Shown here one piece after another: positions 18,208 to 26,479 of a stretch of DNA of 64,000 bases. The notes under the pieces are model-generated. The model ran no database searches and had not been told where the DNA came from. It saw only the letters and a program-made list of their open reading frames with translations. The position numbers and the translations under genes were made by a program. The first letter of the stretch is position 1. Each line of letters begins with the position of its first letter. Origin of the DNA: Waddliaceae bacterium (GTDB lineage: Bacteria; Chlamydiota; Chlamydiia; Chlamydiales; Waddliaceae); NCBI GenBank assembly GCA_963724325.1, contig CAVRUH010000011.1, forward strand, positions 33,540 to 97,539, written 5' to 3'.

Positions 18208-19779
18208 ATGAACAATATAGAGTCCGTAAATATTCAAGAGGAAAATATTCCTGAAACTTCATCAAATTCTTTGTATGAGGTCCTAATGAAAGAATTGGCG
18301 TCGGTTACCGACCCAGAGACGAAATTACATCGCGTCATAGAATGCATGGAATCTTCGATCTCACAAACCGGAAGCCCCAATTTCCGCTCTTTCTGGGACG
18401 CACGAAAGGTTTGCCTTGAAATATTCAAAGAACCCATCGCACCCTCCGTCAGAGCCCAATATTGGGCCAAATACAGCGAGATTTCTAAAGAGGCCTACCG
18501 CCTCAAAGAAATGCTCGATGAGCAAAGTGCATTTGCTTCCGAACAAATCGATATGGCCATCGAAGCCATCGAAAAAGGAATCGCAGAGCTCGCCCTGAAC
18601 ATCGAAAAACAAGACAATCTTCTCTTCCCAGAATTCTCGAAGTTCATCAGCAGAAACTACGCCGAATATAACCTCCTCCAAAGAGAAATCAACCTCCTAA
18701 ATACACTCGCTTCTCGTGTCAACTCTCTTAGAAAAGAGCTCATCCGCACCCAAATGCGCGTCAAACAAAAAAATAAATTCTTCAAGAGATTATCTTCTCT
18801 AGGAGACAAGGTTTTCCCAAGACGCAAAGAACTCATCAAATTAGTCAGCGACCTCTTTTCTGCAGACATGACAGCCTTCGTGACCACTTACTTCTCAAAA
18901 GAAATGGAAAATGGCTCCCTCTTTGATCTCCGTGAAGAAATCAAAGGACTCCAAAATATTGCGAAATTACTAACCCTCAATAGTCAGTCCTTTTCACATT
19001 CACGCAAAGAACTCAGCGAATGCTGGGATAAAGTAAAAGAAGTCGAAAAAGAAAAGAAACGTGAAAAGACCGAATTCTACCACGAAATGAAACAAAAAGA
19101 AGGGGAAATCCTTCAACTGATACAAAAATTCGGAGAAGAAGTAGCTGCTGGAACCGTTTCGTACAATGATGCCGATAAACGCATTGACGAAATTAACAGC
19201 ATCATCAGAGAAGCAAGACTAGGTCGTGATGAAGTTCGCAATCTTAAAACAGAAATCACAAAAGCAGAACAACCCCTTATCGAGCAGAAACAAATCGAAG
19301 ACAACAAGCGAAAGGAACAAGAAAAAGAACGTCTGCGCCTTCGCGACGAAAAACTCGATAACCTGCGTAAAAACATTGCCGATTTTGAAGGCGAAATCCC
19401 TTCAATCGAAGCAAGTTTGATCACTGAAAGATTTTCCGCTCTCGAAAAAGAAATCGCCGATGCTGACATCAGCGCACCCCACCGTCTCGAACTCCGCCGT
19501 CGCCTTATCCCAATTCGCGATATCGTGATCGAGAAAGTGGAAAAAATGCGTCTAGAACACTCTGGTGAAGACCTTTCCGAGTTGAAGAGCCTGATCAAAG
19601 ATCGAAAAGAACGTCGTCAAAAGGTAAAAGAACAACTGGAAGCCTACCGAAAAGCAAGTGGAGCTTCAGGTCTTGGGTTCGAACAGATGATGAAGATCAA
19701 CGAACAGATAGCCGAAGAAAAGCTTCGCCTCGAGAAACTCGACCAAAGCATCCAGGAACTCGAACGAAAAATCTCGTAG
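18208..19779 (+). CDS. Conserved chlamydial coiled-coil protein
   Basis: 523-aa E/K-rich helical ORF in the conserved chlamydial position after miaA. Confidence 0.8.
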   Translation: MNNIESVNIQEENIPETSSNSLYEVLMKELASVTDPETKLHRVIECMESSISQTGSPNFRSFWDARKVCLEIFKEPIAPSVRAQYWAKYSEISKEAYRLKEMLDEQSAFASEQIDMAIEAIEKGIAELALNIEKQDNLLFPEFSKFISRNYAEYNLLQREINLLNTLASRVNSLRKELIRTQMRVKQKNKFFKRLSSLGDKVFPRRKELIKLVSDLFSADMTAFVTTYFSKEMENGSLFDLREEIKGLQNIAKLLTLNSQSFSHSRKELSECWDKVKEVEKEKKREKTEFYHEMKQKEGEILQLIQKFGEEVAAGTVSYNDADKRIDEINSIIREARLGRDEVRNLKTEITKAEQPLIEQKQIEDNKRKEQEKERLRLRDEKLDNLRKNIADFEGEIPSIEASLITERFSALEKEIADADISAPHRLELRRRLIPIRDIVIEKVEKMRLEHSGEDLSELKSLIKDRKERRQKVKEQLEAYRKASGASGLGFEQMMKINEQIAEEKLRLEKLDQSIQELERKIS

Positions 19780-19803
19780 AGCTATTACATTGAGAACAGT
19801 TTC

Positions 19804-20006
19804 TCGTATTCAAAAACTGTTTTCAACGCAAAGACGCAAAGGCGCAAAGGAAGAAAGAGGGATGATTTTACCTATAATATGGTTTTGCAATAAATATTTT
19901 TTTGAAAAGAGACTTAGCTTTATCAACATTAAAAAATCATCAGTCTCCTCCTTTGCGCCTTCGCGCCTTTGCCCCTTTGCGTTGAAAAAAGTTTTTTGAA
20001 ATACGA
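19804..20006. repeat. Palindromic element with 8-nt period (CGCAAAG family)
   Basis: tcgtattcaaaaactgttttcaacgcaaagacgcaaaggcgcaaagg ... cctttgcgccttcgcgcctttgcccctttgcgttgaaaaaagttttttgaaatacga. Confidence 0.85.
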
Positions 20007-20042
20007 TTCGGGCCTCTACGTGAGAAATATTAGGATAAACTA

Positions 20043-20684
20043 ATGAAAATATCACTGTTTGATTTGGATCACACCCTGCTAAAAGGTAATAGCAGCTACC
20101 ATTTCGGTTATTACCTATATCAAAATAGGATCCTTCCAAAGCGAAAAGCCCTTTCCCTTATTACATGTTACGGACTGTACTATTGCGGACTTCTTTCACC
20201 TCATTCCTTAAATGAGATCGCTTGCAAAAGATTTCTTCATGGGCTAAGTTTCGATGAATTTAACGCTCATCTCTCAAATTTTATAGACAAGCATCTTGAA
20301 AAAATCCTATATCATCCAGCTGTTGTCGAACTAAACCAAGCCAGGCAACGAGGGGAATATACTGTCATCCTTTCAAGTTCGCCAAGCATCATTGTCGAAC
20401 CAATCGCAAAATGGCTAGGCGCAGACGAATCTAAAGGCACAGAATATTCTATTAATTCTAAGGGACAAATTCACTCAATTATCTCACATCTCGATGGCAA
20501 ACAAAAGGCAGAGTACCTTCTCAATTTATGTTCTCGCATGAAAATAGATATCGAAAATACTACGGCCTATTCAGATTGCATTACTGATCTCCCTTTCCTT
20601 AAAACGGCAGGGAAGGCAAAGGGTGTCAATCCCGATAAACAACTTAAAAAAATTTGTCTCGTAAACAATTGGGAAATCATTTAA
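20043..20684 (+). CDS. HAD-IB family hydrolase (SerB-like)
   Basis: FDLDHTL, ILSSS, K motif and AYSDCITDLPFL...VNPD. Confidence 0.9.
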   Translation: MKISLFDLDHTLLKGNSSYHFGYYLYQNRILPKRKALSLITCYGLYYCGLLSPHSLNEIACKRFLHGLSFDEFNAHLSNFIDKHLEKILYHPAVVELNQARQRGEYTVILSSSPSIIVEPIAKWLGADESKGTEYSINSKGQIHSIISHLDGKQKAEYLLNLCSRMKIDIENTTAYSDCITDLPFLKTAGKAKGVNPDKQLKKICLVNNWEII

Positions 20685-20716
20685 AACTGATACAAAAGTG
20701 TACAGGAGAAAAGATT

Positions 20717-22909
20717 GTGAGTACAAGATTTAGAGCTGTTGAATCAACAGCTGAACGACATGGTATATTTCCGACAATAGAATCTGAAGGAGCTTCAATT
20801 TCTGAAATGTTTGCCATCTTGGTTTTTAATCGATCAGTCATGCAACGCATGCTTCCTCAAAGCATATACAAAAATATTGTCAATGCGATGGAAGGAAAAG
20901 AAAAGATTAAGGAAGAATATGCCGATCCCATAGCTAACGCAATGAAAGAATGGGCTTTAAGTCATGGCGCCACCCACTTTACCCACTGGTTTCAACCTCT
21001 CACTGGTGCCACAGCTGAAAAGCATGATGCATTTGTCGACTGGACTGCACATGGCGAAATGATCGAAAAATTTAGCGGAAAACAACTGATTCAAGGGGAG
21101 CCAGATGCCTCTTCATTCCCTTCGGGAGGATTAAGAACCACCTATGAAGCCCGTGGATACACTGGCTGGGATCCTTCATCAGCCGTATTTATTTGGAAAG
21201 CAGGCGGCGGTACCACTCTCTGCATCCCATCTGTATTTTTTTCCTGGACAGGCGATGTCTTAGATAACAAAATCCCACTGCTTCGTTCCGAAAAAAAGAT
21301 AGAAGCTGCTATTTTAAGACTCTTGCACCTGACAGGAATCAAAGCAAGTCATGTGAAAACAACTCTAGGACTCGAGCAAGAGTATTTTGTTATCGACAGA
21401 GCCCTTGCTAATTTGCGCCCAGACCTGCTTCTGGCGGGGAAAACCGTGTATGGAGCTCCCTCACCCAAGGGACAAGAATTGCAAGATCACTATTTTGGAT
21501 CCGTAAAGGAACGCATTCTGAGTTTTATGCACGATTTCGAAACAACCGCTTTCAAATTAGGAATCCCCCTAAAAACACGCCATAATGAGGTTGCACCAGC
21601 CCAGCATGAAGTAGCACCAACCGTGGAGAAAGCATCAGCAGCTCTTGATCACAACATTCTCTTGATGGAGATAATGCGAAAAATTGCCCTCAACCATGAC
21701 TTAAAGGTTCTTTTACATGAAAAACCCTTTGCAGCTATCAATGGATCAGGCAAGCACTGCAACTGGTCTCTCGCGACTGATACAGGCATTAACTTGCTGC
21801 ATCCTACCGAAACCCCAGGAAATAATCTGCATTTTCTTATCCTTCTTACAGCTATTCTAGAGGCTTTTTATCAAAATTCCGAACTGCTGCGCGCCTCTAT
21901 AGGATCTGCAAACAACGATTATCGTTTGGGCGGACACGAAGCCCCCCCAGCTATTATGTCGATTTATTTAGGCCAGGAACTCGAAGCTCTTTTAAATAGC
22001 ATCGAAGAAACAGGAATGCCTGGTGAATCTATGGGTAAAAGCCGCTTGGACCTGGGGATTTTAGAAATGCCTGATATGGAAAAAGAAACGACTGACCGCA
22101 ACCGCACTTCACCATTTGCCTTCACCGGTAATAAATTCGAATTCCGCGCTGTGGGCTCTTCTTCTAATCCAGCATTCACCGTTTCTGTTTTGAACGCAGT
22201 TGTCAGTCAAAGCTTGAATCAAATTTTGGATGAAATTGAGAAAAAACTACAAAAAAAGAAGATCTCCAAAGAAGTTCTCTTTGAAGCTGTTTTCTCAGTA
22301 ATGCAATCTCATTTGAAGAATTCGAAAGGGATCCGATTCTCCGGAGATAACTACTCGCAAGAGTGGATGGATGAGGCAAAGAAAAGAGGACTGCCGAACA
22401 TCCATCGTTCCATTCATGCCTTCCCAGCCCTTATTTCCGAAAAAACCCTTGAAGCTTTTAGAGGCATCCTTACTCCTCACGAACTAAAATCCCGCTACGA
22501 CGTAATGGTCGATCACTATGCTCATACACTCCATATCGAATCAAAACTCATGATCGATATTTTCTATACGCAAATCCTTCCCGCTGCACTGAAGCACCAG
22601 GAACAGATGGCCCGCAGCATCCAAATGTGCAAAACTGTCCTTAACAATGACACAGGCCTATCACAGCAAGAGTCCATTCTTCGAATTTTGGCACAATCTA
22701 TTGAAGAATCAATTCTTCTCGCCTCAGAATTAAATGAAACGCGTCGTAAGATTTTTGAATATGCACCAGTCGATCGAGCAATTGCCTGCGGCGATCAACT
22801 TTCACCTAAAATGGATGAATTAAGAGCTTCAGTAGATAATCTCGAAACCATTGTTGCCGATGAGTTGTGGCCATTGCCAAAGTATCGCGAACTGTTATTC
22901 ATGATTTGA
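20717..22909 (+). CDS. Glutamine synthetase type III
   Basis: HWFQPLTG, AEKHD, GEPDASSFPSGGLR, DRNRTSPFAFTGNKFEFR and WPLPKY motifs; GTG start with AGGAG upstream. Confidence 0.95.
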   Translation: MSTRFRAVESTAERHGIFPTIESEGASISEMFAILVFNRSVMQRMLPQSIYKNIVNAMEGKEKIKEEYADPIANAMKEWALSHGATHFTHWFQPLTGATAEKHDAFVDWTAHGEMIEKFSGKQLIQGEPDASSFPSGGLRTTYEARGYTGWDPSSAVFIWKAGGGTTLCIPSVFFSWTGDVLDNKIPLLRSEKKIEAAILRLLHLTGIKASHVKTTLGLEQEYFVIDRALANLRPDLLLAGKTVYGAPSPKGQELQDHYFGSVKERILSFMHDFETTAFKLGIPLKTRHNEVAPAQHEVAPTVEKASAALDHNILLMEIMRKIALNHDLKVLLHEKPFAAINGSGKHCNWSLATDTGINLLHPTETPGNNLHFLILLTAILEAFYQNSELLRASIGSANNDYRLGGHEAPPAIMSIYLGQELEALLNSIEETGMPGESMGKSRLDLGILEMPDMEKETTDRNRTSPFAFTGNKFEFRAVGSSSNPAFTVSVLNAVVSQSLNQILDEIEKKLQKKKISKEVLFEAVFSVMQSHLKNSKGIRFSGDNYSQEWMDEAKKRGLPNIHRSIHAFPALISEKTLEAFRGILTPHELKSRYDVMVDHYAHTLHIESKLMIDIFYTQILPAALKHQEQMARSIQMCKTVLNNDTGLSQQESILRILAQSIEESILLASELNETRRKIFEYAPVDRAIACGDQLSPKMDELRASVDNLETIVADELWPLPKYRELLFMI

Positions 22910-22916
22910 GGTATTC

Positions 22917-23501
22917 ATGAAAATCGGAATTTTTGGAGGAACATTTGATCCAATTCATTTCGGCCACATCAATTTGTGTCTTGAAATGAAGGAAAAAAGG
23001 GGACTAGATGAAATTTGGCTAATTCCTGCCAGGGTGAACCCATTTAAACTCGATAAACAACTTCAGCCTTTTGAATTACGTCATAAAATGGTTGAACTTG
23101 CCATCGAAGGGATCCCAGGTTTTAAGGTTCACGACATTGAAAATCAAAGAGAAGGTCCTTCCTTTACCGTTGATAGTGTTCGACAGCTGACCTCTGCCTA
23201 CCCCGACTATCAATTTCGACTGATAATGAGTGACGAAACAGCCGATCATTTCCACCAGTGGAAAGATCCCAATAAAATCGCCACTATGGCCCCCTTATTA
23301 ATAGGAACCCGCCACTACCACGGGTCCGAACTCCCAAAATTTCAAGGAATTACGATAAAAGATGCCTGGACTCCCATCCGTGTCCTCGAAATCTCCGCTA
23401 CCGATATCCGCTCCCGCCTAAAACAAGGACTCTACTGCGGCCACCTCATCCCCCATGCTTCCTTTGAATTTATCAAATCTAATAACTTGTATTTAAATTA
23501 G
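22917..23501 (+). CDS. nadD: Nicotinate-nucleotide adenylyltransferase
   Basis: GGTFDPIHFGH and ISATDIR motifs. Confidence 0.95.
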   Translation: MKIGIFGGTFDPIHFGHINLCLEMKEKRGLDEIWLIPARVNPFKLDKQLQPFELRHKMVELAIEGIPGFKVHDIENQREGPSFTVDSVRQLTSAYPDYQFRLIMSDETADHFHQWKDPNKIATMAPLLIGTRHYHGSELPKFQGITIKDAWTPIRVLEISATDIRSRLKQGLYCGHLIPHASFEFIKSNNLYLN

Positions 23502-23520
23502 TTAAATTATACCTCAATTC

Positions 23521-23631
23521 TTCTTATCCTCCATATCCTGCCGCCTGCGATCATGCATATCCTGTTATTTTTTCCATACGAAAATAACAGGATATGCATG
23601 ATCGCAGGCGGCAGGATATGGAGGATAAGAA
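23521..23631. repeat. Perfect 51-bp hairpin, CAGGAT family
   Basis: 23521-23571 is the exact reverse complement of 23581-23631, with a 9-nt loop. Confidence 0.93.
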
Positions 23632-23749
23632 AAAAATGTCTGTAATTGTTCTGCGTTCTTTCCCCACCATTCCCTCGAATTCATCAAATCTAACAACTTA
23701 TATATAAATTAGTTAAATTATACCTCAATTCTTCTTATCCTCCATATCC

Positions 23750-23895
23750 CATATGCATCAACCTAAAATATCTTTTACCACAGAGAACACGAGAGAACAC
23801 AAGAGAGATCATTGAGTGTAAAATAGTTCTCTCTGCTATCTCTGTTTTCTCTGTGAACTCGGTGTTAGAAATTTTTTTTAAGTTGATGTGTATGA
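23750..23895. repeat. Nested palindromic elements
   Basis: Outer IR catatgcatcaacctaa / ttaagttgatgtgtatg encloses accacagagaacacgagagaacacaagagaga ... tctctctgctatctctgttttctctgtgaactcggtgtt. Confidence 0.8.
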
Positions 23896-23988
23896 GATAT
23901 GGAGGATAAGAAAAAAATGTCTGTAATTGTTCTGCGTTCTTTTCTGCTAGACGACATATGGGGCTATAGGGTATAATTCCTAGTAATT

Positions 23989-24351
23989 ATGAACGAACCT
24001 ATAATTAAAATGCTACAAACTATTGCCCAAACCCTTTATGACAAGAAAGGGGAAAATATTCTCGCGATTGACGTCCGAGGTATCTCCACACTAACCGACT
24101 TCTTCATCATTGCAGAAGGCGCGGTTGACCGCCATTTACAAGCCCTCGCTAGGGACATTGTTGATATCATGAAAGAGCAAGGATATGATGTCCTGCACGT
24201 CGAAGGTGAAAAGAGCGGCGATTGGATCGCAATCGACTGCGGAGAATTCATGATCCACCTCCTAACCCCCGAAATGCGCGAAAGATACTCTATCGAAGAA
24301 ATCTGGCATAAAGGAAAATTAGTTGAACTTAACATAAAAAAACCAAAATGA
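23989..24351 (+). CDS. rsfS: Ribosome silencing factor
   Basis: DKKGENI, DFFIIAEG, WIAIDCG and RERYSIEEIW motifs. Confidence 0.93.
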   Translation: MNEPIIKMLQTIAQTLYDKKGENILAIDVRGISTLTDFFIIAEGAVDRHLQALARDIVDIMKEQGYDVLHVEGEKSGDWIAIDCGEFMIHLLTPEMRERYSIEEIWHKGKLVELNIKKPK

Positions 24352-25583
24352 GCAAAAAAAGAATCGTTATTACAGGAATGGGCGTTGTATCGTGCTTCGG
24401 CAACGATGTGAAACACTTCTACCAGTCCCTCCTAGATGGAAAAAGCGGTGTTAAAAACATCCAACACTTTCCCTGTGATGACTTTCCTACCCGTTTTGCC
24501 GCCTCCATTCCCGAAATTGACACCGAAGGCTACCTCGACAAAAAACAAGCCCGCCGCGTCGATAAATTCATATCGTTTTCCATCGTAGCAGGCAAAAAAG
24601 CCCTCGAAATGGCCGCCGTCAACATGGAATCACTCAATAAAGAACGTTGCGGCATCATCATCGGCTCTGGAATGGGCGGTATGGACGTCTTCTCCGAAGG
24701 GGTAAAAAATCTCAACGAACACGGCGTCCGTCGCGTTACCCCATTCTTTGTCCCTTACATCCTTACCAACATGGGCGGCGCCATTCTCGCCATGGAATTG
24801 GGCTTCATGGGACCCAATTATTCAATCTCCACTGCCTGCGCCACAGCAAATAATTCCATCATCGCAGCGGCTAACCACATCCGAAATGGTGATGCCGACC
24901 TCATGATCTGCGGCGGCGCCGAAGCTGCAATCATCCCTATGGGAATCGCAGGTTTCTGTGCCTGTAAAGCACTTTCACAACGGAATGATGAACCTCAAAA
25001 AGCTTCCAGACCCTGGGACAAAGGTCGCGACGGATTTGTCATGGGCGAAGGTGCCGGCATCCTCGTTCTTGAATCTCTCGAACATGCACAAGCCAGAGGT
25101 GCCAATATCCTCGCTGAATACTATGGCGGAGGCATTTCCTGCGATGCGTACCATATGACAGAGCCTCGTGCCGATGGAATGGGTGTTGCCCTTTGCCTGC
25201 GAAATGCTCTTCGCGATGCAGCAATAAACCCAAATGAAGTTAATTACATCAATGCCCACGCCACATCAACTCCTGTTGGAGACATGGCAGAAATTAACGC
25301 CCTCAAGCAAGTCTTCTCAGAACCAGCAAAGATCCTCATTAATTCTACAAAATCCATGACTGGTCACTGCCTGGGTGCAGCTGCTGGCATTGAAGCAATA
25401 GCTACTACCCAAACCATAATTAACGGAATCGTCCATCCAACGATAAATCTCGAAAATCCCGAAGAAGATTTGGCCTTTAATGCACCTACTTCTGCTACTC
25501 AATGCGACGTTAAAGTGGCTATTTCAAATTCCTTTGGATTTGGCGGACATAATTCTGCTATAGTCCTTGGAAAAGTGAGATAA
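24348..25583 (+). CDS. fabF: Beta-ketoacyl-ACP synthase II
   Basis: STACAT, NAHATST, KSMTGHCLGAA and SNSFGFGGHN motifs. Confidence 0.97.
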   Translation: MSKKRIVITGMGVVSCFGNDVKHFYQSLLDGKSGVKNIQHFPCDDFPTRFAASIPEIDTEGYLDKKQARRVDKFISFSIVAGKKALEMAAVNMESLNKERCGIIIGSGMGGMDVFSEGVKNLNEHGVRRVTPFFVPYILTNMGGAILAMELGFMGPNYSISTACATANNSIIAAANHIRNGDADLMICGGAEAAIIPMGIAGFCACKALSQRNDEPQKASRPWDKGRDGFVMGEGAGILVLESLEHAQARGANILAEYYGGGISCDAYHMTEPRADGMGVALCLRNALRDAAINPNEVNYINAHATSTPVGDMAEINALKQVFSEPAKILINSTKSMTGHCLGAAAGIEAIATTQTIINGIVHPTINLENPEEDLAFNAPTSATQCDVKVAISNSFGFGGHNSAIVLGKVR

Positions 25584-25584
25584 T

Positions 25585-25995
25585 ATGGTTAAAGAACAAT
25601 CCTATGGAATCATCCCGATGCGCAAGTCTGATGCTGGTTGGGAAGTTCTCGTCGTTAAGCATCGTTCCGGACACTGGTCATTCCCTAAAGGACACCCTGA
25701 AACAATCGAAACACCTTTGGAAACCGCCTCCCGCGAATTAAAAGAAGAAACATCCTTAGATGTCATCAAAGTCCTCTCAGAAGATCTCCTGGAAGAGAAA
25801 TACGTTTATCGATTTAAAGGCGAACTACGTGATAAAACAGTCACTTATTTCATCGCTGAAGTTAATGGCCAGCTTAAAATTGACACCCATGAGCTCGATG
25901 AAGCCAGATGGGCCCCAGTTAATCAAGCCGCCAACCTTGTTACTTTCTCCCAGGCAAGAGCCATCTGCCACAACATCCAAAATAGATTTGCTTAA
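25585..25995 (+). CDS. NUDIX hydrolase (Ap4A hydrolase-like)
   Basis: WSFPKGH...ETASRELKEET Nudix box. Confidence 0.9.
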   Translation: MVKEQSYGIIPMRKSDAGWEVLVVKHRSGHWSFPKGHPETIETPLETASRELKEETSLDVIKVLSEDLLEEKYVYRFKGELRDKTVTYFIAEVNGQLKIDTHELDEARWAPVNQAANLVTFSQARAICHNIQNRFA

Positions 25996-26343
25996 TCAGT
26001 TTTTACAAAACTTCAGAAACTTTTCTAAGATGACCCCTTTATCACCCACTTCCATAGCTGTCATTAGTTCTAAAGCTTCGCGTGAGAAGGATTTTCTTGC
26101 CTCAAATAGTCTTTTTTCAATAAAGGCAAAGGCTTTGGCTTTGCTAGGGGAAATAATGACAGCTTCAGGGGATAAAAGCATTTTTTTAGCTAATTTAAGG
26201 GCGCTTGGACGGTAATTTCCTTGCTGAATTAATTCATCAATCAGAACGAAATGTCCTGAGTTATCTGCAAGATATTCTTTAATATAGTCATCGCATTCAA
26301 AAAAGTTGCGCATTTTTGTCGCTGGCATCACTTCTAGGACCAT
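25996..26343 (-). CDS. Hypothetical protein
   Basis: 115-aa ORF with GGAG upstream of the ATG; fills the gap between convergent and divergent neighbours. Confidence 0.6.
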   Translation of the reverse strand: MVLEVMPATKMRNFFECDDYIKEYLADNSGHFVLIDELIQQGNYRPSALKLAKKMLLSPEAVIISPSKAKAFAFIEKRLFEARKSFSREALELMTAMEVGDKGVILEKFLKFCKN

Positions 26344-26479
26344 AATTTTTCTCCAAGTTAAAATTAAAACTAATATGAGACTATAATTTTTTTGAAATTT
26401 AATGTAAATATTTTTTTTTGGGGTTGAAAAATTTGACGAATTCTAGGAGAATAGAATCAAATTTAATGGAGAGACACAC

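Larger units (their letters stand above)
23451..23942. repeat. Tandem duplication of the nadD 3' end and downstream DNA (23451-23661 and 23662-23942) with different central cores
   Basis: Both copies share ...aaattagttaaattatacctcaattcttcttatcctccatatcc [core] gatatggaggataagaaaaaaatgtctgtaattgttctgcgttcttt; cores are 76 and 146 nt. Confidence 0.92.

Noticed and set aside
18234..19598. Long antisense ORFs within the coiled-coil gene, and similar ones within aas, tuf and rpoBC
   Set aside because: These are shadow ORFs caused by the codon bias of the sense gene
19790..20139. ORFs 19790-19999 (+) and 19810-20139 (-)
   Set aside because: They are translations of the palindromic repeat element
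23451..23712. Diversity-generating retroelement TR/VR pair at the nadD 3' end
   Set aside because: Three of the nine differences are not at A/T positions, many are synonymous, and no reverse transcriptase is present
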